A stretch of DNA of 64,000 nt from Blasia pusilla (Eukaryota): the NCBI GenBank assembly GCA_050084515.1, contig CM114271.1, positions 7,750,001-7,814,000 on the forward strand. Direction: 5' to 3'. Made by a program: the position numbers and the translations under genes. This document shows, in pieces, positions 12,180-24,059 of this stretch (the first letter of the stretch is position 1; the number at the start of each line of letters is the position of its first letter). A model generated the notes under the pieces. It searched no databases and had not been told where the DNA came from. It saw only the letters and a program-made list of their open reading frames with translations.

Positions 12180-13075
12180 TCAGTCCATCGCTGACCCAAG
12201 ACATGGCGTCGTGATGCCTCGACTCGATGGTACGCTCTTTACTCCGTGGAAATCCCATCGCCGCTCTCTCTCGTCGGGCGTTGGGCTCCACCAACCGCTG
12301 AACCTGGTCATCCCAAACCAGCGAGGACCGGCCTCCTTGTATGCATAGGAAGCGGAAAACTCACAACGTGGGCAAGGCGCCCGCGCCTGCCTACCCTATT
12401 GACCCCGCGACCGGTGGTCGATCATCGTGCCTCACCGCTGTGATCGGCGACCTGGATCCGAATGGAATCCACTAACAAAGGGGAGGGGCGCTCCACTCTC
12501 GCATACGCCCTCCATAACACCGCATGGGACACCAAGTTGGTCCACCATAGACGCGGGCGATGGGCTCTAGAACCTACACTTGCCGCATCCAAGAACACTG
12601 CTGGGCCGATCCAGCACGCACTGATGAGCACTCGTCACGACCCGTGACACGAGTCTCTAAGATCGGCACATTCTCCGAATGTAGGTGGAGAACAAGACCG
12701 GTGCTCCTGCATTGCCGTAAGACCCTCAACATCTCCCAAAACAACCTGGACCGAAAGTGTCACCAACCCGCCGCCTCGCTCAAAGACTCGATTGGCCTTG
12801 ACATGGCCAACCGGAAATGTCCAAATCAATGGTCCCTACCCGCTCTAAGTCTTGCGCCCCCAACAAGTAGGGAACTCTGGTACCCTTGTACTGCGGACAC
12901 AGAGAATAATGTCGGGAAAACGTAGGCGTAATTGCGCCACATGTCGTAGTGAGACGCGCCTCGCAACATCATCACTCTCCACATACAAGTACTGCTCTAC
13001 TCGCACTCTTGCCTGCAAAACAGCAGCTAACCCGATGTTAATCCCTCCAAAGAGATCTAACACTCGAATACCCTC
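12180..13075 (-). pseudogene. DNMT3-like C5 cytosine DNA methyltransferase domain within the gypsy polyprotein (frameshifted in this copy)
   Basis: Ordered motifs: I IRVLDLFGGI; II YVESD; IV DLDISGWPCQG (12827-12795); LFWEMLRVL; VI ENVP (12675-12664); VIII LDAASVGSRAHRPRLWWTNL; IX/X EPNA-RERAMGFP and ASRRHVLGQ-MD. Confidence 0.9.
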
Positions 13076-14928
13076 CTCCGGGGTACACCACCCAATGGGT
13101 GTAGTATCCAAGGGTGTCATCGTAGCACTCCCCGCTACCTTGGGTTCCTCAGACCTGTCACGCTTTGGTGCAAATGCCTCGCTCCACGCCGTCTGCTCGT
13201 GCGCATTTGCCAATCGTTGAAGCTCCTCAGTCGAGCCTCACAGCGGCACCTCTCCTCCATGGAATGATGCAGCTACCATAACACTCCTCTCCATAGAAAT
13301 GTCAGGAACGGGAGTATCCTCTGCATGGACATGTCCCTCAATCAAATCACTAGGCCAAGTGATGGCACTGCTAAATGCTGCTAAGGTCGCCATCTCTCCT
13401 GGCCGTTGCTCGATCACTGCACCTGTGAATCGAACGGGTAATGAGCTAAGGCGCCCATCACCCAACTGCCATCCTAGTCTGTAGGGCGCTGACTCCTCCC
13501 AGTAATCCAGGGAAAACCCCATCGGGTATAACACTGCTCCACCAACCAAGACGTCGTAGGACTCATCATCAGTCACTATCGTCTTGGCGCGCACCACGGA
13601 CTCATCTGTAGGATATCCCGGGCGAATCCTCACCACGACCTCCTGTCGGGTGATATACTGTGTGGTACTTGCTCCACCCAAGGATGTCTGTATCCGAAAT
13701 GGACAACACTCCACATCGGCTCTCGTCAAGCCCCAATCCTCTGAATGACGCTTTCCCCAACATCAAGGGTTGCGCTCCTGAATCCAACAAGACACGCTGC
13801 GGACTAAAAGCTCTACCTCCAGGACTCACCAACTGGAAGACCTGTCCTCGATAATCCAGCAACACAACACCAGGAGAAGCCATGGCACGCTCTATCGCGG
13901 GTCTAGCGGGCATATCCGCCATCCTAGCGACATGCACTGCCATGAATCCGCGTGGGACGGCCCAAGCATCCGCTCCAAGGGCAGGTCCATCACCTCCTCT
14001 ACAATCACCTCTGAACGTGATGCAGGAACACCATCTTCGCGCTCACATAGTGAAGCGGCCAGCCAAAAAGCCTCGGCGGGCGTACCTCCCAACGTCACAA
14101 CATCGGAAGCAAAAAATAAAGGAGTGCGGTACACGACGGTGGCCGCCCCCAACAACGTGCTCGACACATGCCCCTCCTGAGCATCAACAATAGGAGTCGT
14201 CGCACTCGCTTCTTCCATCGCCCTCCGTGCTTGCACACCAACAACATTACCAACTCTCCAGGAACTTTGATGAGGACCCATCGATGGGGTCCTCATCGCT
14301 TCGGACAACGTGAAAGATTGAGGAAGCCTAGTCTATCTACTGGCTTCCCCTCGCTGTGGATCCAACTCTGCGGCTGCTCCACGCGTCACAATTGCGGCGG
14401 CCTTCATCTGGGCAACCCCGCACATCCATCCAGGATCCTCTAGATCTCTGGCTGCTCCATATGATGTCGATGCCACGGATCCGGCATCAGGTAACCTCAA
14501 TGCCATAGCGACAACCTCCTCCTGTAGCTGTTGTATCTGAGCAGCCATCCCAGCCTCACGTCTGGCATCTCCCTCGGCGCGTCTAGGTAATGGTACTCTA
14601 CCTCCTCCACGGGCAACTCCACCACCCTGTCGGGAAACTCCAGCTCCTCGTCCCCCAACGGGACCACCTGGAGCACGATCTCTAGAAGGCCCACCCGGAC
14701 CGGCTACTCGCTCTGGGGCCCTCTCTGGCCCTTGGTCCAGCCGTAACTCAGGATGTAAACTAAAGCACCTGGCGCGTGTATGACCATACCTCTGACAATA
14801 GTCACACTGATAACCTCCTGGTGCAGCACCATCTCCTCCTCCATGCGGAGGCACACGTCCATGACCCTGACGTCGCGTTGATGATGGGCTCCACCACATG
14901 ACCAACAAGTAATAGTAGGCGGTTGCTG

Positions 14929-15879
14929 CTAAGCCGCATATGAAGGCGCAGGCCTCTGTGGCACGGCCTCTCGGTATCCTCCCTGAGCTCGTGGTGCCAC
15001 AGTCAACCTATCTCGGATTCCACGTTGCTGCACAGGTGGTGCAGACAATCGTGACTGCTCTCGCCCTGAACCCATGGTGGCTACGCTCTCCTCCGCCATG
15101 TTGCGCTCAATGTTCTCGGCGGTCCTAAAAACATCTCTCAACGTAGGGGAGGTGTTCATAAGAAGCACCCCCTCCCGCACCCGTGTTCGCAGGGTCCGGT
15201 CCAGCATCGCATACCATGACTGGATAGCCTGAGCCTCTGTCACCCCCTGAGTGACGTTGATCAACCGGCGCAAGCGAGTGTAAGCCTCACGCAAACTCTC
15301 ACCCGAGCGCCTCTGGAAGTCATGGATGCTCCGCAACTTCCCCGTCCGTACCTCCTGGTAGCTCGCCCTCAACTCAGCAAAGAACTCAACCACAGGGTTG
15401 AACCTGGGACAATCCCGACTAGACGGTGCAACTGCTCCCGTGCGAGTGACCCCTCCTAAAACATCACTAGTGGAAGAGGCAGTAGCCTCCCCTGACTCCT
15501 CCTCCTCATCTGGGAATGGCTCCGTCCATGACACATAATGTGGGTCATAGTAGAGCCTCCACGCCTCGATCTCACATGCATATCTCTGAGAGAACTCATG
15601 GTAATCGTCCGTGGGCACCCCCTCTAAATGCTGGAACATACCGTTCCATGTTGTAAACGGGTTGAACTCTCTAGAGTTCTTGGCCCGCTGGGAGTCGCAC
15701 CAAGTCCTAAACTCTACTATAAAATCGTGCAACTCAATCGTGCCTACAGCACCTAAAAACCTACGCGGTCCTCTACCCCGGTCGTCCATCTCGTACACCC
15801 AACATGTAGGACCACTCATAATGTGTGGCGATGTGCTCACAAACTCCTCTACACCCTCTCCCTCGTCTGACGATGACAC
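14929..15879 (-). CDS. Retrotransposon gag-like ORF
   Basis: 316-aa ORF with a retrotransposon gag major-homology-like motif Q-x3-ESLREAYTRL. The zinc knuckle follows after a frameshift. Confidence 0.8.
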   Translation of the reverse strand: MSSSDEGEGVEEFVSTSPHIMSGPTCWVYEMDDRGRGPRRFLGAVGTIELHDFIVEFRTWCDSQRAKNSREFNPFTTWNGMFQHLEGVPTDDYHEFSQRYACEIEAWRLYYDPHYVSWTEPFPDEEEESGEATASSTSDVLGGVTRTGAVAPSSRDCPRFNPVVEFFAELRASYQEVRTGKLRSIHDFQRRSGESLREAYTRLRRLINVTQGVTEAQAIQSWYAMLDRTLRTRVREGVLLMNTSPTLRDVFRTAENIERNMAEESVATMGSGREQSRLSAPPVQQRGIRDRLTVAPRAQGGYREAVPQRPAPSYAA

Positions 15880-16928
15880 AGAAGGAGCTTGAGGTGGTCC
15901 CTCACGTGGAGACCCTCGAAACCTCGCGCCACTCCGCGTAAAACCTCTAGAGCTACTCTCGGGTTCACCACCTCGCCTCTCAAAGTCCCGAACAAACTCC
16001 GTGATGACCCTCGTGCCCCTCTCACCCGATCACTCTGAACCTCGTGAGGAATCCCTCAATCACTCATCCCAAACATGCGGCACTCGATCTACACTCTCTC
16101 TCCCCGAGACGTGTAATGTGCGGCAACACGCGGCGTGGTGAGGCAAATCGACCAGGCTATCATCTCATCGACAACCTACCCTCAACTCGGAACATCCCAC
16201 ACAAGTCTATGTCCGCTAAACCACATACATAAATGATGCTCTGAGCATCCACACACCCAATATCCCCAAATAAATCCCAGAATCCCTCACACGTGCAGGG
16301 TAAAGGACCAGAATGGGTAACCTGAACACATGTCGATGTCGCTCCTCAAAGAATCGCAAATCTCGACCCCAACTCGATCGTGGAGACAACTCCTCCAATC
16401 AGCAAGTCATACTCCTCCCGTACTGATGCTCCTCAAAACTCCTCGATAGACAGTGCGGTCCCAGCGGAACGGTGCGACGTTGCAGGCGGCACGCAACGGC
16501 TACGAACGGCACGACCCTCGATGGTGGGATGCGGCACTCGGCGGCATACCCTCCTCAATCAATAATAATCCCACACTCTGCTCCACAATGACGGTGCGGC
16601 TCCGCGATCGAGATGGTGCGGTGCGGACACGAGCGGCACGGCGCGGCAATCGGCGGCGCGTTGCGGCTACGGGCGTCACGGCACGATACTCGATCGTCGT
16701 CGAGCGGCTGCCAATCACAACATAGCAGCATGAAATCAAAACTCAAACACCATAACCGGAGGTCATCTGCCTTCACTGGTTGATGAAGAAACTGCGATGA
16801 CGGTGGCGGCCAAAACAAAGTACGTGCTGGCGACGCAAGTCAAGGAATCAACGAACGTCATGGAAGACCCTCCACTCCGTAATGGCGGCAATGGCACCCA
16901 AAGGGTGGACAATGGACGGTGGACCCTT

Positions 16929-17048
16929 GACAGTGACGGTTGACCGCTGATGGTGACGGTTGACTGATGACGGTGACGGTTGACCGTCGACGGTGATAGT
17001 TGACCGTTGATTGTGACGGTTGACCGTTGACAGTGACGGTTGACCGTC
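16929..17048. repeat. Six tandem 20-bp repeats in the LTR/leader of the DNMT gypsy
   Basis: Consensus GAYDGTGACGGTTGACCGTY, starting at 16929, 16949, 16969, 16989, 17009 and 17029. Confidence 0.9.
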
Positions 17049-18169
17049 GACCGATGGCGGTAACTATGATGGCGACGGCCGCCGCCGGTGTGGCGGCTGA
17101 TTTAGGGTTTGCACGATTTAACCCTAAAAATCGCCTAGCAATGGTAGCTTTACAAGATTGCCCATAACTTGTTGCTCGCATCTCCAAATTGTGCATTGTT
17201 TGTTGCACAGCGTGCAGATCTTCACGATCTACGCTACCATGAAAAAATATTTAGAATCGAACATTTCAGTAAAAACTGACGGAGATTGTCGTAAAGCCCA
17301 ATGTCTCTTTCTCCTACACAAAATTCGGCAGCGCTCCCGCGCTGATTTCTCCGAACGAAAATGTAACATCTGTAAAAATACATATCAGCAAGCTACATGG
17401 TGCTCCCGAGAGCACCAGCATGGAGCAATCCGTCCCCATACTCAATCCCTATCAGAAATTGGGCAGTGCTTCCGCGCGCCACTCTTCCACACGAAAAATC
17501 GGCAAATGCAAAGAGTAATGAAAGCAGCCCTTGCTCCGGTGAGCACTCCCATGAGCCGCTGAACGGGGAACACGGTCCCCAACCTACAAAAACAGCGAGT
17601 GACCAGCGAGCTCCCCCATGAAGCTCTCTCACTCTCTTATTCTCTCTTTGTAAAGTAAGATCCAATCTCTCTCTCCACCATCTCACACCATAGCTCTCAA
17701 AGGTGTGCACTCTCTCTCATGTCAAACCAAACCCACTCTCCTAATGAGAGGCTTGGGTTACACTCACAGGGCAAGGTACCATAGCTCCGCCGCCTCATGC
17801 CAAGAGGTTCAACAAAGAGAGAATGAGCTCTCAAGTTCTCTCTCCTTGAGGTATACCCCTCTCCTCTCCCAAGCTCTCTCCATGGTAACCTATTCTCCCA
17901 AGTCACCTCCTTGGCTCTTGACCTGATGAAGGAGGTCAAGGGCCACTTACCAAAAATATTAAGTCGATCATATACTCAAAATGGTACTTACCTAAAATAG
18001 TAAGTTCCTCAATATGGCTCCAAATGAGCCAAAACGAAGGGGAAACCTGCTATCTCAGGTTTCCAAGGGCTCAGCACGTCACCCTCGACCTACAGGGCGT
18101 GTCCTCCACTACTCATGAAGGCGCTCTATTAGATCCCACCGATCTATCCCAAAAGACGTGACATCTATG

Positions 18170-20140
18170 TCCAAATGATGGACGTGATGAAGGTCAAGCA
18201 AATGATCCAGCAAAGAAGTGGATTGTCGAGCTAGAATGGGATAGAGCTCTCGGTTCTAACAATAAAATTTGCAAGAAAACACTTCCATTGCCATTCACAA
18301 AAATGGGGAAATCTCAAAAGGTTAAGGAGTTCCTCACGGTGTTCCATAGACGTTGGAGCTATACTTCGAGGGGCAAAACATTAAGGAGCAAGATAAGATT
18401 ATTGTGGAAATCGCATTGCAAAAGAATAATGTGCTCATGTGGCGAAAAAAATTATCAAGAGGAACAACTATCTAGTGGATTATCTTTGATTTGGGAGGAG
18501 TTCAAGGTGTTGATTAGCGATCCATTCACTCTAGAATACCAAGATTTCCTAGATGGAGTGGAGTTTGTGTGTTTGAGGTAGAGTGGGTCTCAAAGCCCTA
18601 ATGTGAGAAATTAGTGCAAATTTGAACTCATTGCCTAAGATGGATGAGTTCGCAAAGAAGGTCATATTCTTAAGCCGAGTATGGAGAAGGCCCTCTTTCA
18701 AAGGCCGCAGTTACGAAAGATGTGCAGAGAACTCGTGAAACTAGAGCAGCGGATAGGAAATGATTAGTTCCAAGTACAAAAACCGTTCGAGCTTTTAGAT
18801 TTTTTGAAGGTACAGAAGACCAAAGGGCCATTCAAGAGGCTCAATAGTGAGGGTGAGTATGAACAAGAAGAGTCTCTTACCCTTGCAGCAAAACAAGTGG
18901 AGTTCAATGCGAAGCCTAAAGAGGCCGAATATCCAAAGTAAGGGAGGGCAAAAGTGACTTGGTCCAATCCGGGTTGGCTTTTTTGGAGGCCAATCTTACC
19001 TGACCTCAAAGTTATTTTTGGTGTCCATTTTTGGATGAGGAGTATTCCAAGTGAAGGAGAAATTCACCATATGCGATATGGATGAGATTGTAGCAGTCTT
19101 GGGAAGATATTCTTGGCTGCCTATGCGTTGGAGCTAAATCAAAGACCATTACGGTTGAGAGTCTTATTGAAAGGCGAGCGGTTGCAGCAAAGATTGGTTT
19201 GTGAGGTTCATATGAAGAAGGAGTTGATGAACATCATTACAAGGGCAAGTAAGACCGAGATGGAAGATGGGTTTAACTGCTTGATGAGACAACTAGAGGC
19301 TACAAGTGAAACACGCAAAGATCATTCCTCAACTTTGAGGGAAATCGGAGAAGAACGCATAAGCGTAGTAAAGGAATTGGATCATTTCTTAACAACGGAT
19401 CTTCCGACGAAATGGCCACCAGATAGGGCATTCAATCATAAGATTCAGGTGCTAAGAACGTCTCAACCGCCGTCAAAGGCGCCATGTAGACTCAATCATA
19501 AAGAACTTGTTGAGTTGAAAAACAAAATAGTTGACCTCTTAGAAAGGGATAACATTCAAACTACCAAGTCACATGATGGGCACCCGTTCTTCTTATGAAG
19601 AAGAAGGATAGGAAGTTGAGACTATGTGTTGATAACCAGGCACTAAAAAAATGGGTAGTGAGGAATAATTACCCTCATTCCTAGATCGATGATATCTTTG
19701 ATAAACTTTCAAGGACTAGGCCCCTAGGTATTTCACAGGAATGGACTTAAAGTTAAGATATTACCATATTCGGAGAAAGAAAGTTGATGTGCAGAAGATC
19801 ATGGATAGAACGAGACATGGCATGTTCGTGTTTGTAGTGATGCTCTTTGGTTTGGGTAACGCGCATATTAAGTTTATACCACATTTATGAACTCCAGATT
19901 TCATAAGGAGATAAATGAGTATGTTATCATATACATTTATGACCTTTTGATATATTCGCAGTCATAAGAGGGGCACGCTTGATATTTAAGGGCGATATTG
20001 TCAAAACTTAAGGCAAACAAGTTGTACATAAATCTGGAAATGAGCAAATTTGGGTTGAGCAAGATAAAATTTTGGGATCCTGTGGTTGATATAGATGGAG
20101 TTAGTCATTATATGGATAAAGGAAAAGCGATTTCTAGGTA
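18170..20140 (+). mobile_element. Highly degenerate Ty3/gypsy gag-pol remnant
   Basis: PPDRAFNHKI...PPSKAPCRL...ELKNKIVDLL, LRLCVD, IDDIFDKL, MDLK-RYYHIR and IIYIYDLLIYS (decayed YIDD). Many stops. Confidence 0.8.
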
Positions 20141-20148
20141 GAAATTTT

Positions 20149-20300
20149 CACTAGTACAAAAACCCCCTATGAATGACTAAAAAAAAGACTAGATGTTACT
20201 CAAACTGAGACTATGAGACTCTATAATTATTTAACTTGACTATAGTAAAAAAAATTAATTCTATTTTTATAAGTTGTCACTCAAACCGGGTGTAGTCATA
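20149..20300 (+). mobile_element. CACTA/EnSpm terminus
   Basis: CACTAGTACAAAAACCCCC followed by TGACT/GAGACT subterminal motifs. It resembles the reverse-complement termini ending at 61512 and 62573. Confidence 0.6.
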
Positions 20301-23300
20301 TTTAAGTTATGTCCATGGAAAGTAGTATAAGCATCATGCAATATGCCATAACTTACAAGGATTGAGGGATTCTCACGTGACATCAACCGCTACAACGGAG
20401 GTATAACATATTTGAGCCCTGGCTTGGTAGCCTCTTGGATCCTCTTCCGAAGTGTTGGTTTTCTCACTAGCGTTGGCTTTTGCAGAAGATCCACATTATC
20501 TAGCTCCATTGGTCCACCACTTCCTACCTATATTCATGTAGTGTCGTCATTCTCCTCTAAAAATTTGGTGGGCTCCAAATTGCATCTTCGCAATGTCTTA
20601 CCTTGGCATTTTCCTATAATGGTCATGGCCTCATCTATGCTTTCTACAAGACAAATTTTTTTAAAATATTAACCAGGCTTTGAAATAGATCATGATGAAA
20701 AGTTCATCGAGGAGCGGAAAGCTCGTATGAACCCGAGTGATCGTCTTCAGCAAAGTCAGCAACAAAGTCAGGATCACAAGTTGGAGATTGTTCATCTCTG
20801 GTACGAGCATCCATCTTGTCAAAAGATTCTACCATCGGTGGCAATATCTTTCCACGCAATCGAGAGCTCTTTCTCTTCGAAGCATGAGTGTCTCTGTTTG
20901 CAAAATTTGGGACACACACTTGCCTAGAATAGAACAAGCCTCTACGTTGCACATGAGGACAAGTTTTTCAAGAACATGAATCAAGCATAATGTTTCTAAT
21001 TCATTCACACAGGCCCAAACTTGAATGGTTAATATGTCAAAGCTTACAATTAAACACCATCTTTGTTTCAATTCTGTCGCCAATTCTTTAAGGCATATGC
21101 TCACATAAGCGGCATGGACCTCCATAAAGTAACACATTTCATTCACATTTTCCATCCTATTTGTGAATGACACAATATTCGATGCGTTACACACTCCAAT
21201 GCAACCAATCACTACACAAGAGTTACACTTTGTTGAGTTAGTTTCCAACACACAACTTGTCCATGAACCCATGCCCAAATTTTTGGTGTGAACCATAGGC
21301 ATCATTAAGTTCTTCAACAATCTCCATGTTGCCTTCCCAGCTTTCTACCCTCATCAATGGTATGTACTGACTATTGACTACTCTCACAGTTTGAACTGTA
21401 CTACTAGGACCTTCAAAAGCCTTGTGGCCATCTAATTAAATTGAACTCGAGCGTATTACTTGACATCCTACAATTCCTTGCTTGCTTGTGGCACGCTAGC
21501 TACATGCCATCCTGGCAACTCCACGAGTAGGAAAACGGCTTATTCAACGTGAGTTGGGAACACAAAAGGTTCAGACCACTTAGGCATCATTTGCCTGAAA
21601 TTTGCTGGTAGGAAACCACCAATATCATGCTTCATTGTAGGTCTAGCCCCACGCCAATCTGGTTGCATCCAAGTTCCCTTCATGACAATGATAGAACTAG
21701 ATGTGTTCCCATAATTGAATTTCTATATGTTAGTAAGCTCTACTATGTATTCCATTTACATCCATCCCCTATCTTGGTCATTGGTCATTTGCTCGGATAT
21801 GGATATCAGCCGTGAATTATATATGACAAAATGAGTTTCACTTTGATATACCACATGGTAGTGGTTTCCATATGCTTGCATTCTCTTGTAAGCTAAGAGG
21901 AATGGGGTGTAATGTCTTCCACTATGTGATCAAAATTTATGTTTTTTTTGGCCCAATGCATAGCATGGGTTTTACACTAGTCTTTACTAAGTGCCTTGCC
22001 ATGTGTAAAACACAAAAAAATTAACAAATCAAGAAGCTATCCGCTCTTGACCATACGGATACTATCGATCGAAATAAAGATTGGTAGTATCCATATGAAA
22101 AATGTGTCTTCAAAATTTGGCCTTTGTGATAGAAGTAATGATGATGGAAAAGAACACGATAGCAAGTGGGAAGGGAATGCTTTTTGGGTACTCATATGGT
22201 TCTTGTCCTAATTTGTCATGAAGTTGGGGCATATTAAAGTGTCATTTGAACCATCCTATTTTGTAGTTCAAAATTACTATTTTTACCGTTGGAGGAACAA
22301 GTAGCATATGAGGCACACATATGGGTTTTCTTTGATTTTTTTTTTATATTGGAAGAGAAAAGACATTCTTTCAAATACTTGTAAGCATCATGAGGCACCC
22401 CAAATTGTGTTAAGTTGAGTTGTTGTAAGTCAAAGTTAGGGTAGTTGGTCTTGTAACGACCAACTAATCTTTATCGGAAAGGACTCTATTTTGGAGTCCT
22501 TGCTAGCCAATGCTCCATGGGATGGGCCATAAGAGTGAGTTGTATAGGAAGTTGCCGAACTAAGCACATTGACCCCCATGCTACCAAGAAGACAATTTCT
22601 TAGATATTAGAATGAGGAAAGTGATCAATTATCGTTGATTTTGATTGCATGTAACATATCTTTGCATTTGCAAGGACATACGGATAATCTTTTGTCCCAT
22701 TTCATTTTGGGCATAGATGACCTTGAGACATTTCTCTCCGAAAAGTCTCATTTGTAGTTTTGGGCAAGGGGATCTCACACTTGTTATGCAGTCCCAAGAT
22801 GCTAGGACCCCCGCAACCTCTCTCTAAGGGTCCACTCGTGTGGACATGTGTCGCTTTGCACACAATGGAGGTTAGTAGTTGTTAGTGACAACAGATCTTC
22901 GGCTTAAGGCTCACATTCCAAATTGGTCATTTGGAAGGTACTAGTTGGAGTCACAAAATTTCGATCACAATCCTCATCTTTACGACGCCCAATTAAAAAT
23001 GGGCGCAATTGTACTTGCCATCCCCTCAACCTTGGGAACTTGTTACATCTGATGGAAAAAATAGATAACTTGAATGTTTCAATACAAGCGTCTTTGTAAA
23101 CACCAAGGTTCTAGGGTTAAGGGTTTATGAAATGAAACTCTTGGGGTTGCCACGTGACCCCTAGAAGAACACCATGGGAGTAGGCCCCAAGGGTTGTCTC
23201 CCATGGGCATTATGGGGCCCTGGTATCCTAAAAAATGGAATCGAATCGAATTGTAAAAAAATACCATTAAGATTGGTTAGAAATACGACAATAGTGATCC

Positions 23301-24059
23301 AACATACGAGTTTTCGAGGGTTGTGGAATTGATCTTCACACCAATTTTTTTGCCATGGAAATGTTAGCAACCCCATGAGGATGTATTCCCATGGTCACAT
23401 GCACGACATGTTTTTTTTGTACTTTCAAGATTTTTTTATAGTCATCTATATTATGATGCGCGATAACCCTCTCGTCAACAAGAACTCGACGACGCGACAT
23501 CTGTCCTTTGGGATGGCTTCCTACTGCGACACATTCCACATTAGATGAGTTAGTCCCATCTAGCTAATTTAGAGAAAGGGGTGCGTCATCCTTATGGTGT
23601 GTTCATCTAGGGTTGGTGCAATCGTCTTTAGGTGCTAAAAATCTTCGGACCCTTGACTTTAATTCATCTAACCTTCAAAAGTTAATATCCTTATTTCTTC
23701 ATTCTCTATGTCACCATGCAAGAACAAAAAGAGAGGTGTTTGTGTGGACGAGAAAGCACTCTCCTATAATAGTATAGATATGCCGCAAAGACGCAGGGTG
23801 GTCACATCCCCTTGACCTACTTTCTCTGGCGATTGATTGATTATGACGCGATTTTGGGCGGGGACGGCGGGAGGCATGGACGGGGACGGCGGGAGGAAGG
23901 ACGGAGGGCGTAGGGGACGAAAAGAGACATGCTACATGTTGAAACGGAGAGCGTGACGAGAGCTTCGTTTTGATCCAGACCTTGCTGCATGGCGTGAAAT
24001 ATTTTAATTTTTATTCATCTTTTTAGAATTCGGTTCATATTAGGGTTCCAAATGTGAAT

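Larger units (their letters stand above)
11512..18163 (-). mobile_element. Ty3/gypsy element, 5' half: putative 5' LTR - gag - CCHC knuckle - protease - C5 DNA methyltransferase - start of RT (truncated)
   Basis: gag 15879-14929 (FQRRSGESLREAYTRLRRL); CX2CX4HX4C knuckle YQCDYCQRYGHTRARC (~14810-14765); protease LLDSGA (~13790); DNMT motifs 13070-12180; RT start PIFRRPY...GLVEMSHGEYASATVMPAKKD (11676-11515); LTR-like start TGTCACG at 18163. Confidence 0.88.

Noticed and set aside
16292-16315. Candidate PBS (minus TGGTCCTTTACCCTGCAC) after a CA for the DNMT gypsy
   Set aside because: Cannot be matched to a tRNA 3' end by eye, and there is no second LTR to fix the boundary.
17101-17128. Inverted telomere-like TTTAGGGTT/AACCCTAAA
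   Set aside because: Single units; too short to be an interstitial telomere array.
20300-23750. Short ORFs in an AT-rich region
   Set aside because: No recognisable motifs or consistent splice structure; probably decayed TE sequence.
23755-23779. Helitron-like 5' end (minus strand TCTATACTATTATAGG)
   Set aside because: No matching 3' hairpin plus CTRR end or Rep/helicase motifs could be identified.
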